The position numbers and the translations under genes are program-made. 64,000 nt of DNA from Alphaproteobacteria bacterium GWF2_58_20. Its GTDB lineage: Bacteria; Pseudomonadota; Alphaproteobacteria; UBA1247. Under the pieces are notes generated by a model, which was not told the DNA's origin, did not search any database, and saw only the letters and a program-made list of their open reading frames with translations. The stretch spans positions 10,168-74,167 of the forward strand of contig MEMB01000004.1 of NCBI GenBank assembly GCA_001768735.1. The letters are read 5' to 3'. Positions 27,809 through 39,060 of the stretch are shown here, in pieces (position 1 is the stretch's first letter; each line of letters opens with the position of its first letter).

Positions 27809-30652
27809 ATGTCTTCAAACGACAATGCCAACAGCAAACCACCGGTTTTTCTGCCCAGGACCGATTTCCCGATGCGCGCCGGACTGCCCGCGAAGGAACC
27901 CGAAATCATCGCCCACTGGGAAAAGCTTGGCCTTTACAATCACCTGCGCAAATCCCGCAAGGATGCGCCCCTGTTCATCCTGCATGACGGCCCTCCGTAT
28001 GCCAACGGCGCCATCCATAACGGCCATGCGCTGAACAAGACCCTCAAGGATTTTGTCATCCGCAACCGCAACATGCTGGGCGACAATGCCCCCTTCGTTC
28101 CGGGATGGGATTGCCATGGCCTGCCGGTGGAATGGAAAATCGAGGAAAAATACCGCAAGGAAGGCAAGGACAAGAGCGAAATCTCCATCCTTGATTTCCG
28201 CAAGGAATGCCGGGAATTCGCCCAGCACTGGGTTGATGTCCAGTCAGCCGACTTCCAGCGCCTCGGCATCATGGGGGATTGGCAAAGCCCCTACCTCACC
28301 ATGACCAACCGCGCCGAAGCCATCATCGCCTCGGAGATCCACAAATTCGTGCGCAACGGAAGCCTGTTCCGCGGCCACAAACCCGTCATGTGGTCGGTGG
28401 TGGAAAAAACCGCCCTGGCCGAAGCGGAGGTAGAATACCAGGACCACAAGTCAACCACCATCTGGATCCGTTTCCCCATCACTTCGCCCTCCCATGCCGA
28501 TCTGGAAGGCGCTGACATCGTCATCTGGACCACCACGCCGTGGACCATGCCCGGCAACCGCGCGCTCGCTTTCGGCCCCGACATGGAATACGGCATTTAT
28601 GAAGTGGATGCCGTGGGCGAAAACGCCACGGCAAAACCGGGCGATCGTCTGGTTGTGGCCCTCTGCCGCGCCGATGACGTACGCGAAAATGCCAACATCA
28701 CGGGATGGAGCATCAAGGCCCGACTCAAGGGCTTTGACATTGACGGCACCGTCTGCGCGCATCCGCTCCGCCATCTCGGCTATACCTTCGATGTGCGCGT
28801 CCTGCCTGCCGATTTTGTCACCACTGACACCGGCACCGGCTTTGTTCACATTGCCCCCGGCCATGGCGCGGATGACTTTGTGCTGGGCCGAAAATTTGAC
28901 GTTGAGGTTCCTGAAACCGTGGATGCCGCCGGCGTCCTCATGCCACATGTTCCCGCCTTTGCAGGCCTTACCGTCTATACCGACGAAGGCAAAACCGGAA
29001 CAGCAGAAGCGGCCATTCTCGATGCAATGCGGGCAGCCGGCAAGTTGCTTGCTTCCGGAAAGATCACCCACAGCTACCCTCATTCGTGGCGTTCGAAAAC
29101 GCCCCTTATCTTCCGCACCACGCCACAGTGGTTCATTTCCATGGGAAAAACCGGACTGCGCGCAAGTGCGCTGACCGCCATCGAAAGTGTCCGCTGGGTT
29201 CCCGCACAAAAAATCAACCGCATCAGCTCCATGGTGGAAACCCGCCCCGACTGGTGCATCAGCCGCCAGCGCGCCTGGGGTGTTCCCATTGCCATTTTTG
29301 TCAAGCCGGCCACAGGCGAAATCCTGCATGACGAAGCCGTGTTTGACCGCACCATCAAGCTCTTCGAGGCAGAGGGCGCGGACGCCTGGTTCACACGGCC
29401 AGCGACCGATTTCCTCGGGCCTGACCACAATCCCGCCGAATGGGACATGGTCAAGGACATTGTGGATGTCTGGTTTGAAAGTGGTGCCAGCCATGCCTTC
29501 GTGCTGGAAGACCGCGAAGACCTGCGCAGCCCGGCCGACCTCTATTTTGAAGGCGATGACCAGCATCGCGGCTGGTTCCAGTCCTCCATGCTGGAGAGCT
29601 GCGGCACGCGCGGCGTTGCCCCTTTCAAGACCTGCGTCTCCCATGGGTTCATTCTGGACGAAAAGGGTGACAAGCTGTCCAAGTCGGCCGGCAACGGGGT
29701 CAGTCCGCAAGTGGCCATTGCCAAATACGGCGCCGACATCCTGCGCCTGTGGGTGGCCAATGTCGATTATTCGGAAGACGTCCGCCTGGGAGAAGGCATC
29801 CTGGTCCATGTCGCGGAACAGTATCGCCGCATCCGCAACACGCTGCGTTACATCCTCGGCAACCTCGATGGTTTCACCGAAGCTGAACGCATCCCTTCCC
29901 TGCAAGACCTGCCGGAACTGGAACGCTTCATCCTGCACCGTCTCTGGCAGCTCGATGAATTGCGCAAGGAATGCATCGAAAATTACGCCTTCCAGAAATT
30001 CTTCACCGCCCTGCACAATTTCTGCACGGTAGAGCTTTCGGCCTTCTATTTCGACATCCGCAAGGACAGCTTGTATTGCGATGCCAAGGATTCGCTGCGT
30101 CGGCGTTCGGCCCGCACGGTGCTTGACCACCTGTTCACCTGCCTGGTGACTTGGCTTGCGCCCTACCTCGCCTTCACCGCCGAGGAAGCCTGGATCGCCC
30201 GAAACGGCACCGACAGCAGCGTGCATTTGCAGACCTTCCCGGCCATCCCCGCCTCCTGGCGCGAAGACAAGCTGGCCACAAAATGGGAAGCCGTCCGCAA
30301 TGTTCGCCGCGTGGTCACCGGAGCACTGGAAGTCGAACGCGCCGAAAAGCGCATCGGTTCCTCGCTCCAGGCACATCCCCATGTCTTTATCTCCGACCCG
30401 GCCCTCAAAGCCGCGGCAGCCGGATGCGACATGGCGGAAGTATGCATCACCTCCACCTGCACAATTGATGACGGCAGCGCCCCGGAAAGTGCCTTCACCC
30501 TGCCCGATGTTGCGGGCGTTTTGGTGGCGCCGGGCCTCGCGGAAGGCCAGAAGTGCAGCCGTTGCTGGAACATTCTGCCCGATGTCGGCAGCCATGCCGA
30601 TCATCCGGACATGTGCGCCCGGTGCGATGCGGCCATGAAGGATTTCACATGA
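27809..30652 (+). CDS. ileS: Isoleucine--tRNA ligase (type 1)
   Basis: HDGPPYANG, PGWDCHGLP, WTTTPWT, DWCISRQR, DQHRGWF, KLSKS, C-terminal CSRC/CARC zinc finger. Confidence 0.97.
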   Translation: MSSNDNANSKPPVFLPRTDFPMRAGLPAKEPEIIAHWEKLGLYNHLRKSRKDAPLFILHDGPPYANGAIHNGHALNKTLKDFVIRNRNMLGDNAPFVPGWDCHGLPVEWKIEEKYRKEGKDKSEISILDFRKECREFAQHWVDVQSADFQRLGIMGDWQSPYLTMTNRAEAIIASEIHKFVRNGSLFRGHKPVMWSVVEKTALAEAEVEYQDHKSTTIWIRFPITSPSHADLEGADIVIWTTTPWTMPGNRALAFGPDMEYGIYEVDAVGENATAKPGDRLVVALCRADDVRENANITGWSIKARLKGFDIDGTVCAHPLRHLGYTFDVRVLPADFVTTDTGTGFVHIAPGHGADDFVLGRKFDVEVPETVDAAGVLMPHVPAFAGLTVYTDEGKTGTAEAAILDAMRAAGKLLASGKITHSYPHSWRSKTPLIFRTTPQWFISMGKTGLRASALTAIESVRWVPAQKINRISSMVETRPDWCISRQRAWGVPIAIFVKPATGEILHDEAVFDRTIKLFEAEGADAWFTRPATDFLGPDHNPAEWDMVKDIVDVWFESGASHAFVLEDREDLRSPADLYFEGDDQHRGWFQSSMLESCGTRGVAPFKTCVSHGFILDEKGDKLSKSAGNGVSPQVAIAKYGADILRLWVANVDYSEDVRLGEGILVHVAEQYRRIRNTLRYILGNLDGFTEAERIPSLQDLPELERFILHRLWQLDELRKECIENYAFQKFFTALHNFCTVELSAFYFDIRKDSLYCDAKDSLRRRSARTVLDHLFTCLVTWLAPYLAFTAEEAWIARNGTDSSVHLQTFPAIPASWREDKLATKWEAVRNVRRVVTGALEVERAEKRIGSSLQAHPHVFISDPALKAAAAGCDMAEVCITSTCTIDDGSAPESAFTLPDVAGVLVAPGLAEGQKCSRCWNILPDVGSHADHPDMCARCDAAMKDFT

Positions 30653-31158
30653 TGATGCGGTTACCGGGAAAACCCTTGCGGGCTCCGACGCTCGGCCTCA
30701 TGGTCGCGCTCGGAATCCTCCTGATTGACCAGGCATCCAAATGGATGCTGCTCGAAATGGCGGGATTTGCCGAAACACCACGCATCATTCCGGTCCTTCC
30801 CTTCTGCAACATCGTGCTGGTGTGGAACCGGGGCGTAAGCTTTGGCATGTTTTCCGGAGCCGAGCAGGCCATGCCCTATGCCCTGTCCATCCTTGCGCTC
30901 ATCATCATGACCATCCTGATGCGCTGGCTGCTCAGAACCATTCGTCCCTATCTGGGTGTCCTGCTGGGGCTGGTTCTGGGCGGAGCCATCGGCAACGTGA
31001 TTGACCGCCTGCGCTTCGGCGCAGTTGTGGATTTTGCCGATTTCCATGTCGCAGGCTGGCACTGGCCCGCTTTCAACGTGGCCGATGCCGCCATCAGCAT
31101 TGGCGTAGCCCTGCTCCTCATTGATTCCCTGATCCCTGCAAAGGACAAGACCCCATGA
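30649..31158 (+). CDS. lspA: Lipoprotein signal peptidase
   Basis: DQASK, WNRGVSFG, GGAIGNVIDR, VVDF, FNVAD. Confidence 0.95.
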   Translation: MMMRLPGKPLRAPTLGLMVALGILLIDQASKWMLLEMAGFAETPRIIPVLPFCNIVLVWNRGVSFGMFSGAEQAMPYALSILALIIMTILMRWLLRTIRPYLGVLLGLVLGGAIGNVIDRLRFGAVVDFADFHVAGWHWPAFNVADAAISIGVALLLIDSLIPAKDKTP

Positions 31159-31700
31159 CTTCCTTCCCGCGGATTCTTTCCCTCATCGCCCTGACCGTCC
31201 TTGTGGCCGGATGCAGCAATGCCCGCCAGACCCTGGGCCTTGGCCGCCAGTCACCCGACGAATTCTCCGTGGTCCGGCAAGCGCCGCTATCCATGCCGCC
31301 CGCCTGGGGCCTTACCGCGCCACAGCCCGGCCTTTCCCGTCCACAGGACATTGAACCCACCAAGAGTGCCCGCAACCTGGTCATGGGGGAAACGCCTGCG
31401 CCCGCAGGGTCTTCCTCCGGAGAACGCGCATTCCTTTCCTTGGCAGGCGCAAACCAGGCGGACGACAATATCCGTGCGCTCGTGGACCGCGAAACCACCG
31501 GCCTTGTCCTTGCCGACAAAAATGCCATCGACAAGCTCATCTTCTGGCAGCAGCAGGATCCTCCCGACCCAATCGTGGACGCAAAGAAGGAAGCCCTGCG
31601 CCTGAAGGAAAATGCCGAAAGCGGTACCCCTGTCACCCACGGGGAAACCCCTGTCATCGAACGTCGCCGCAAGGCTCTTTTCGAAGGTGTTTTCAAATAA
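31155..31700 (+). CDS. DUF3035 family lipoprotein
   Basis: VAGC lipobox; PDEFSVVRQAPLSMPP; usual position after lspA. Confidence 0.85.
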   Translation: MTSFPRILSLIALTVLVAGCSNARQTLGLGRQSPDEFSVVRQAPLSMPPAWGLTAPQPGLSRPQDIEPTKSARNLVMGETPAPAGSSSGERAFLSLAGANQADDNIRALVDRETTGLVLADKNAIDKLIFWQQQDPPDPIVDAKKEALRLKENAESGTPVTHGETPVIERRRKALFEGVFK

Positions 31701-31719
31701 GTTCCCGGTTGTGTAGGCT

Positions 31720-31748
31720 TTGACCTTCCTCCCATGATCTGTTAGAAT
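31720..31748 (+). promoter_or_regulatory. Sigma70-type promoter for pgi-mutL
   Basis: TTGACC-N17-TAGAAT. Confidence 0.55.
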
Positions 31749-31780
31749 TCTGTCCGGTCAACGCATATGGGGAGGATATC

Positions 31781-33427
31781 ATGGGAACCCTGACGCAAAG
31801 CCCGGCCTGGCAAAGGCTTCTGGCACACAAGGCATCCCTCGGCAGTCACTTGCGTGACCTGTTTGAGCGCGATACCCAACGGTTTGAGCATTTTTCCGCC
31901 TCCGGAGCCGGGATTTTTCTCGACTATTCAAAAAACCGCATCACCCGCGAAACGCTGGATTGCCTGATTGCGCTCGCCCGCCAGCAGGACGTGGAAGCCT
32001 GGCGCGATGCCATGCTGCGCGGCGACCGGATCAACACCACTGAAAACCGCGCCGTCCTCCACACCGCCCTGCGCAACCGCAGCAATACCCCTGTCATGAT
32101 GGAGGGCCTCGACGTCATGCCCATGGTCAATGAAGGCCTTGCCAAAATGCGCGCTTTCTCTGAAGCCGTGCGCGAAGGCCAGTGGACCGGATTCTCCGGC
32201 AAACCCATCAAGGACATCGTCAACATTGGCATCGGAGGATCCGACCTCGGCCCCTGCATGGCCGCCGAGGCACTGAAGCCCTATGGCCATCCCGACCTTT
32301 CCGTCCATTTTGTTTCCAACGTGGACGCCACCCACATTTATGAAACCCTGCGCCACCTTGATCCGGCCACCACGCTGTTCATCGTCTCATCCAAAACCTT
32401 CACCACCGATGAAACCCTGACCAACGCCGCATCCGCCCGCACATGGCTCATCGGCGCTTCAGAAGATCCTGGAGCCTTGGCCAAGCATTTTGTCGCCGTA
32501 TCCACAAACCTTTCCGAAGTGGAACGCTTCGGCATCCCGGCCGAAAACATGTTTCCCTTTGAGGACTGGGTGGGCGGACGCTACAGCCTGTGGTCACCCA
32601 TCGGCCTGTCGCTGGCCGTTTTCATCGGCATGGACGCCTTCGAGGAAATGTTGTCCGGCGCACATGAAATGGACATTCATTTCCGCGACACGCCCCTGGC
32701 CAAAAACCTGCCTGTCCTGCTGGCCCTCATGGGCATATGGAACATCAATTTTGAAGGCATGTCCGCCCATGCCATCCTGCCCTATGACCAGTACCTTGCC
32801 CACCTGCCCGCCTATCTCCAGCAGCTCGACATGGAAAGCAACGGCAAAACGGTAGACCGCCAGGGCCGCCCGGTGAATTATGCCACCGGCCCGGTCATCT
32901 TCGGCGAACCCGGAACCAATGGCCAGCATGCCTTCTACCAGCTCATCCACCAGGGATGGCCCCGCATCTCGGCCGACATCCTTTTCCCGGCCTTGTCCCT
33001 CCATCCCCTGGCGGACCACCACATCAAGCTGCTGGCCAACGCGCTGGCACAGGGCGAAGCGCTCATGCGCGGCAAGACCGCTGAAGAAGCAAGAGCCGAA
33101 CTGGTGGCCGCCGGACTGCCGCCCGAAACCATTGGCCGCCTTCTTCCCCACAAGATCTTTGCCGGGAACCACCCCACCAACACCCTCATGGTTGACCGGA
33201 TGACGCCACGCCGTCTTGGCGCACTGCTCGCCCTTTATGAGCACAAGATCTTCGTGCAGGGCATCATCTGGAACATCAACAGTTTTGACCAGTGGGGCGT
33301 AGAGCTGGGCAAACAGCTGGCCAAGCCCTTGCTCGCCGAACTGCGGGGCAGCCAGCCGCAGCCGCATGACAGTTCCACCGCCGGCCTGTTCCGCGAAATT
33401 GCCAAGGTCCGGAGCCGCGCCATATGA
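31781..33427 (+). CDS. pgi: Glucose-6-phosphate isomerase
   Basis: [53 protein letters not shown]. Confidence 0.98.
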   Translation: MGTLTQSPAWQRLLAHKASLGSHLRDLFERDTQRFEHFSASGAGIFLDYSKNRITRETLDCLIALARQQDVEAWRDAMLRGDRINTTENRAVLHTALRNRSNTPVMMEGLDVMPMVNEGLAKMRAFSEAVREGQWTGFSGKPIKDIVNIGIGGSDLGPCMAAEALKPYGHPDLSVHFVSNVDATHIYETLRHLDPATTLFIVSSKTFTTDETLTNAASARTWLIGASEDPGALAKHFVAVSTNLSEVERFGIPAENMFPFEDWVGGRYSLWSPIGLSLAVFIGMDAFEEMLSGAHEMDIHFRDTPLAKNLPVLLALMGIWNINFEGMSAHAILPYDQYLAHLPAYLQQLDMESNGKTVDRQGRPVNYATGPVIFGEPGTNGQHAFYQLIHQGWPRISADILFPALSLHPLADHHIKLLANALAQGEALMRGKTAEEARAELVAAGLPPETIGRLLPHKIFAGNHPTNTLMVDRMTPRRLGALLALYEHKIFVQGIIWNINSFDQWGVELGKQLAKPLLAELRGSQPQPHDSSTAGLFREIAKVRSRAI

Positions 33428-35202
33428 CCATCCGCCGCCTGCCGGACACCCTTGTCAACCGCATCGCCGCAGGCGAGGTGGTCGAGCGCCCGGCAGCCGC
33501 CGTCAAGGAACTGGTGGAAAACGCCATTGATGCCGGAGCTTCCCGCATCGAAGTGGCCATCCGCGATGGCGGACGCAGCTTCATCCTCGTCTCCGATGAC
33601 GGCTGCGGGATGAATGCCGAAGACCTCGCCCTTGCCATTGAGCGTCACGCCACGTCCAAACTCCCGGACGACGATCTTACCCACATCATGACCCTGGGAT
33701 TTCGGGGAGAAGCCCTGCCTTCCATCGCGGCCGTCAGCCGCATGGCCATTTCCACCCGGAAACGCGGTGAGGATTCCGGATGGCGCATGACCATTGAAGG
33801 CGGCGCCGCCGGGAACGTCGCGCCCGCCGGACACCCGCAAGGCACCCGCATCGAGGTGCGCGACCTTTTTTTTGCCACGCCCGCCCGGCTCAAGTTCCTC
33901 AAGACGGTCCGCACGGAAGCGCTGCATGTGCGGGATACCCTTGAACGGCTGGCCATGGCCTATCCGGATGTGGGATTTACCTTTACCGATGATGACCGCA
34001 CCGTGCTGCGCCTGGATCCAGGCCCGGATGCCAATCCGGCTTCACGGCTCCTGCGTCTGGGCGCCATCATGGGGCAGGATTTTCAGGCCGCCGCCCTGCC
34101 TGTCTCCGTCGAACGGGAAGATGCCCGCATGGGAGGCTATATCGGGCTGCCCACCCTCAACCGCCCCACGGGGCAGCACCAGTTCCTGTTCGTGAATGGC
34201 AGGCCGGTCCGCGACCGCCTGCTCATGGGTGCCCTGCGCGCCGGATACGCCGATGTGCTGGCCCATGACCGTTACCCCATGGTTGCCCTGTTCATCGACC
34301 TGCCTGCGGAAGATGTGGATGTCAACGTCCACCCCGCAAAAACCGAAGTGCGTTTCCGCGACAGCGCAGGCATCCGTTCCCTGCTGGTCTCCGGCATCCG
34401 CAAGACCCTGGCCGACGCTGGACACCGCACCGCACCCGCCCTTGCAACCCATGTCCTGTCCGCATTCCATCCCCATGCGGGCGCAGGGGCAAGACCTTTC
34501 ATGCCCCACGGCGAAATGGCCGATTCCGCCATGACCCAGGCAGCCTTTGCGCCCTTTCCTGGCGAATCCCTGCCACAGGCGCGCACGGAAATGCCGCAGG
34601 AAATGGATACCCTGCAAAAGCATCCACTGGGCGCGGCGGTGGCGCAAGTCCACAACACCTTCATTGTCTCGCAGACGGAAGACGGCCTCGTCATCACCGA
34701 CCAGCATGCCGCCCATGAACGCCTCACTTACGAAAAAATCAAGACAGCCCTTGAGGGAACCGGCATTGCCCGCCAAGCCCTTTTGCTGCCGGAAGTGGTG
34801 GACATGCCGGAGGTCGATGCCGAACGCCTTGCCACCCGGCAGGAGGAACTCCTGAAACTGGGCCTCATGATTGAACCTTTTGGCCCGGCCAGCGTTCTTG
34901 TGCGCGAAATTCCCGCCCTGCTCGGACAATCCGACATCCAGGGCCTGATAAGGGACATAGCCGACGAACTTTCCGAAAATCCGCAGGAAAGCCTGCTTGC
35001 GGGCCGCCTGATGGCCATCTGCTCGCGCATGTCGTGCCACGGTTCCGTGCGCGCCGGACGCACACTTGCCATCGCGGAAATGAATGCCTTGCTGCGCCAG
35101 ATGGAAGACGCTGCCTTCTCTGGTCAATGCAACCATGGACGCCCAACCCACATTGCGCTAAAGTTATCTGACATTGAACGGCTTTTTGGCCGCCGTAAAT
35201 AA
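33424..35202 (+). CDS. mutL: DNA mismatch repair protein MutL
   Basis: [44 protein letters not shown]. Confidence 0.97.
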   Translation: MTIRRLPDTLVNRIAAGEVVERPAAAVKELVENAIDAGASRIEVAIRDGGRSFILVSDDGCGMNAEDLALAIERHATSKLPDDDLTHIMTLGFRGEALPSIAAVSRMAISTRKRGEDSGWRMTIEGGAAGNVAPAGHPQGTRIEVRDLFFATPARLKFLKTVRTEALHVRDTLERLAMAYPDVGFTFTDDDRTVLRLDPGPDANPASRLLRLGAIMGQDFQAAALPVSVEREDARMGGYIGLPTLNRPTGQHQFLFVNGRPVRDRLLMGALRAGYADVLAHDRYPMVALFIDLPAEDVDVNVHPAKTEVRFRDSAGIRSLLVSGIRKTLADAGHRTAPALATHVLSAFHPHAGAGARPFMPHGEMADSAMTQAAFAPFPGESLPQARTEMPQEMDTLQKHPLGAAVAQVHNTFIVSQTEDGLVITDQHAAHERLTYEKIKTALEGTGIARQALLLPEVVDMPEVDAERLATRQEELLKLGLMIEPFGPASVLVREIPALLGQSDIQGLIRDIADELSENPQESLLAGRLMAICSRMSCHGSVRAGRTLAIAEMNALLRQMEDAAFSGQCNHGRPTHIALKLSDIERLFGRRK

Positions 35203-35223
35203 CAAAAACAGGGAATCGCCCAC

Positions 35224-37284
35224 ATGAAAATTGTCGCCCACACCGCCCTTGCCCTTGCCCTTTTGACCAGCACATCCGCCATGGCTGCCGATGCGTCCAA
35301 AAACCTTCCGCTCAAGCGGGTCATCCTGTCCACCAGCGGACTGGGGCATTTTGAGCATGAGGGCCCCGTCAGTGGCAACAGCACCGTTGACCTGCCCGTC
35401 CGACTCGACCAGGTGGACGACATCCTCAAGAGCCTTGTGGTCCTGGATGCCACCGGACGCGTGAGCAACGTTACCCTGCCAGGCCGCGAACCCCTGCAGC
35501 AGGCCTTTCGTGACCTGCCCTTTACCGAAACGGATCTCTCCTCCCCGGTCGCCCTGCTCAACGCCCTGCAAGGCGCTGAAGTGAAGATCGACGGGTCCAG
35601 CAAGATTGCGGGGCGCCTCCTGCGCGTGGTGGCAGAAGACTCCCGCATGGGCGAGGAAACCGTGACCCGCCACCGTGTCAGCGTGATGACCGATTCCGGC
35701 CTTCAACAGGCCGTTCTGGAAAATATCGACAACATCCAGTTCACTTCGGAAAAGCTGCGCACCCAGATTCGCGAAGCCCTGGATGCCATGATGGATGCCA
35801 GAACCCGTGACATGCGCACCCTGTCCGTCAACCTGCGCGGCGATGGCAAACGCAATGTCGGCCTCGCCTATGTGGTGGAAACCCCCTTGTGGAAATCCGC
35901 CTACCGGATGGTATTGCCCCCCGCTGGCAAGGAAAGCCTTGTACAGGGCTGGGCCGTGGTCGAAAACATGACAGGCGGCGACTGGAACGATGTGGAAATG
36001 ACCCTGATTTCCGGCAATCCCGTCACCTATCGCCAGCCTCTCTACACGTCCTATTATGTCAGCCGTCCCGAACTGCCCGTCTCGGTCCTCGGCCGCATCA
36101 TGCCCCGCAAGGATGCGGGCGCTGTCGGCATGGCAGAGGACATGGAAATGATGGACATGTCTTCAGAGTCCTATGGTGGGGGCTCCATGCTCAAGTCCCT
36201 GCGCCGCATGGACATGGCGGAAAGCATCATGCCACAGATGGCCATGGCGCCGGCATCCGCCAATTTCTCCAGCATTGCCACCGCCAACAAGGCCACCGAA
36301 AGCACCGAAGCGGCAACCCAGGTTCTGTTCCGTTTCCCCGGCACCATTTCGCTCAAGGCCGGCTATTCCATGATGCTGCCTTTCGTGAGTCGCAAAATGC
36401 CCGCGGAACGCCTCTGGCTTTACCAGCCCGATGTCAATGCAGACCATCCCCTTGCCGCCCTGCGCCTGAAGAATGACGGCGACTCCAGCCTGCCTTCCGG
36501 CATCCTGACCCTTTATGAACAATCCGGCAAAGGCAATGCCACAACCTTTGTGGGCGATGCCGACATGCCCATCCTGGCCAAGGGCGAGGAACGCATGGTG
36601 AGCTTTGCGCTGGATTCCAAGACCACCATTCTGCGCGACAGCCGTCAGGACAGCCTGACCGGCGACATCCGCATCAGCGGCGGCGTGGCGCAGATTGCCA
36701 TCACCAGCCGCGCCGAAACCACCTATACCGTCAAGGCGCCGGAAGGCGAAGACCGCGCCATCCTCATCGAACATCCGAAACGTTCGGGATGGAATCTTGT
36801 CGCCCCGGATCCCAAGAGTGCCGAGGTTACAGACGGTTTCTACCGCATTCCGCTCAAGGCCCCGGCGGGCAAGAGCGTGAACCTCAAGGTGGTTCTGGAA
36901 AAGCCGGAAATGCGGAGCCTCCAGCTTCTCAACCTGTCCTCCAGCGACATTTCCACCTATCTTGCCAGTTTTGGCAAGGAAAGCCCCAAGGCCCGCAAGG
37001 CTTTTGAAACCATGGCATCGCTGCGCCGCGATGTGGATGCGGTGGATGCCGAAATCCGGGCACTCTCCAATGAGCGTGACGGCATCACGAGAGACCAGGA
37101 GCGTCTGCGCGACAACCTCGAAAGTGTGCCGGAAGACAGTGATCTGGCCCGCCGCTACCTCGCAACCATGGACAGCCAGGAGACCCGGCTTGAAACCATT
37201 GCCAAGGCCATCACCGAACAGGAAAAGGCCAAGGCCAAGGCGGTGGCAAAACTCAAGGCTGCCATCATGGACATGAGCATCTGA
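35224..37284 (+). CDS. DUF4139-like exported protein
   Basis: Signal peptide (AMA-ADA); DDILKSL, WKSAYR, QGWAVVEN..G.DW, IEHP; C-terminal coiled coil DQERLRDNL. Confidence 0.8.
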   Translation: MKIVAHTALALALLTSTSAMAADASKNLPLKRVILSTSGLGHFEHEGPVSGNSTVDLPVRLDQVDDILKSLVVLDATGRVSNVTLPGREPLQQAFRDLPFTETDLSSPVALLNALQGAEVKIDGSSKIAGRLLRVVAEDSRMGEETVTRHRVSVMTDSGLQQAVLENIDNIQFTSEKLRTQIREALDAMMDARTRDMRTLSVNLRGDGKRNVGLAYVVETPLWKSAYRMVLPPAGKESLVQGWAVVENMTGGDWNDVEMTLISGNPVTYRQPLYTSYYVSRPELPVSVLGRIMPRKDAGAVGMAEDMEMMDMSSESYGGGSMLKSLRRMDMAESIMPQMAMAPASANFSSIATANKATESTEAATQVLFRFPGTISLKAGYSMMLPFVSRKMPAERLWLYQPDVNADHPLAALRLKNDGDSSLPSGILTLYEQSGKGNATTFVGDADMPILAKGEERMVSFALDSKTTILRDSRQDSLTGDIRISGGVAQIAITSRAETTYTVKAPEGEDRAILIEHPKRSGWNLVAPDPKSAEVTDGFYRIPLKAPAGKSVNLKVVLEKPEMRSLQLLNLSSSDISTYLASFGKESPKARKAFETMASLRRDVDAVDAEIRALSNERDGITRDQERLRDNLESVPEDSDLARRYLATMDSQETRLETIAKAITEQEKAKAKAVAKLKAAIMDMSI

Positions 37285-37301
37285 CAGCGGAGGCAGGATC
37301 C

Positions 37302-38171
37302 TTGCATACACAGCCTGCAGAAATCCTTGTGCGACTGGCACGAATCCTGCCCCTTGTCCTCATCACTTGTGGCGTTTTCATCTCTGTCTTCATGTCCTCC
37401 TGCGGACCATCGCAGGAGCGGCAGGAAGTGCTTGTCCATTTTTCGGGACATTCGGAAAACAACACACAAACCATCAACCATGATGTCTTCAATGAAATCC
37501 TGCGCACCTATGTGCAACCCGACCGCGACGGAATTTCCCGTTTTGCCTATGGCGAAATTGCTCCGGCCGATCGCGAAACCTTGCGCACCTATATCTTCAA
37601 CCAGATGGTCCTCATCCCGATTGCCCAGTATTCACGGAACGAGCAACTGGCCTACTGGATCAACCTCTATAATGCCCTGACCCTCCAGCTGGTCCTTGAC
37701 CATTACCCGGTACGAAGCCTTGAGGACATCAACATTTCCCCGGGCCTGTTCCAGAAAGGTCCCTTTTACAAAAAACTGCTCAAGGTGGATGATATTGCCC
37801 TGTCGCTCGACGATATCCGCAACGGCATCCTCCTTCCCGTCTTCAAGGATGCCCGCATCCATTACGCCCTGACCCTCGCATCCCTGGATTCCCCCAACCT
37901 GCTGCCACGCAGCTTTACCGCTGCAACAGCGGATGCGCTGCTGGATCAGGCCGCCATCAGCTTCATCAACCATCCCCGTGCGCTGCATTTTGAGGAAGAC
38001 CACCTGGTTGCCAATGCCCTGTTCCTTTGGTACCGCGACGATTTCGGCTCGGGGGGGGAATTCATCAACCACCTGCTCCGCTATGCCAATTTCGACCTCG
38101 CCAAATACCTCATAGAAAATCCGCCTGTTGGCCAATACCATTTTGACTGGACAATCAACGCCATTGATTGA
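37302..38171 (+). CDS. DUF547-like protein, copy 1 (possible lipoprotein)
   Basis: LAYWINLYNA, LSLDDI, DARIHYAL, DWTIN; start uncertain. Confidence 0.8.
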   Translation: MHTQPAEILVRLARILPLVLITCGVFISVFMSSCGPSQERQEVLVHFSGHSENNTQTINHDVFNEILRTYVQPDRDGISRFAYGEIAPADRETLRTYIFNQMVLIPIAQYSRNEQLAYWINLYNALTLQLVLDHYPVRSLEDINISPGLFQKGPFYKKLLKVDDIALSLDDIRNGILLPVFKDARIHYALTLASLDSPNLLPRSFTAATADALLDQAAISFINHPRALHFEEDHLVANALFLWYRDDFGSGGEFINHLLRYANFDLAKYLIENPPVGQYHFDWTINAID

Positions 38172-38208
38172 AAGAAACCCCTATGTTATCTATCAGGACA
38201 TGAGGGGG

Positions 38209-39051
38209 ATGCTCGGACATATCGCAAAAAAATTCCTGTTCATCGTGCTGATGGCACTGGCCGGGATTTCTTCCGCATCGGCCAGGGATATTGCCGAATA
38301 CTTTGCCAGGCACAATGAATCCGCGCAGGATACTCCCATGGATTTCGCCCCCTGGAGCCATTTCCTGACCACTTATGTTGAACCCGGCATCAATGGCGTC
38401 AACCGCATCGACTACAAGCGGGTTTCCGATGAAGACCATGAAGCCCTCGTCCGTTTCATCGACATCACCCTGGCCACCATTCCTGTCAGCCGCCTGCGCC
38501 GGCAGGAACAGCTCGCTTACTGGATCAACCTTTACAACGCCCTGATTGTTCGCGTGGCGCTGGATCATTATCCGGTTTCAAGCATCCGCGACATCAACAT
38601 TTCCGGCCTGTTTTCCAGGGGCCCCTTCAAACGTCGGCTGGCCAAGGTCGAAAATCGTGAAATTTCATTGTCCGACATCCGGGACATCATCCTGATGCCT
38701 CCCATCTTCAATGACTCCCGCATTCCCTATGCCCTTTGTGACGGCACCATGGGCGGGCCGCAGATCTGGCCGGAAGCTTTCCAGCCCGCAACCATTGATT
38801 TCCAGCTCAACCGGGCCGCCACAAATTTCGTCAACCACCCGCGGGCCTTCAGCATTGAAGATACCCGCCTTACGGCCTCCATGCTTTACAAATGGCAAAA
38901 GACTGCATTTGGCAAACAGGATGTCGATATCCTGCTGCACGCCATCCGTTTTGCCGATCCGGGGCTTGTCCCGACCCTGTCGAGTCACAGCCAGATTGAT
39001 GATTATTTTTATGATTGGCGCCTGAATGAGCCTGATATTTTCAGGCCATAA
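38209..39051 (+). CDS. DUF547-like protein, copy 2 (exported)
   Basis: Signal peptide; LAYWINLYNA, ISLSDI, YDWRLNE; ATG 38209 after GAGGGG. Confidence 0.8.
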   Translation: MLGHIAKKFLFIVLMALAGISSASARDIAEYFARHNESAQDTPMDFAPWSHFLTTYVEPGINGVNRIDYKRVSDEDHEALVRFIDITLATIPVSRLRRQEQLAYWINLYNALIVRVALDHYPVSSIRDINISGLFSRGPFKRRLAKVENREISLSDIRDIILMPPIFNDSRIPYALCDGTMGGPQIWPEAFQPATIDFQLNRAATNFVNHPRAFSIEDTRLTASMLYKWQKTAFGKQDVDILLHAIRFADPGLVPTLSSHSQIDDYFYDWRLNEPDIFRP

Positions 39052-39060
39052 GTTCCGCGC

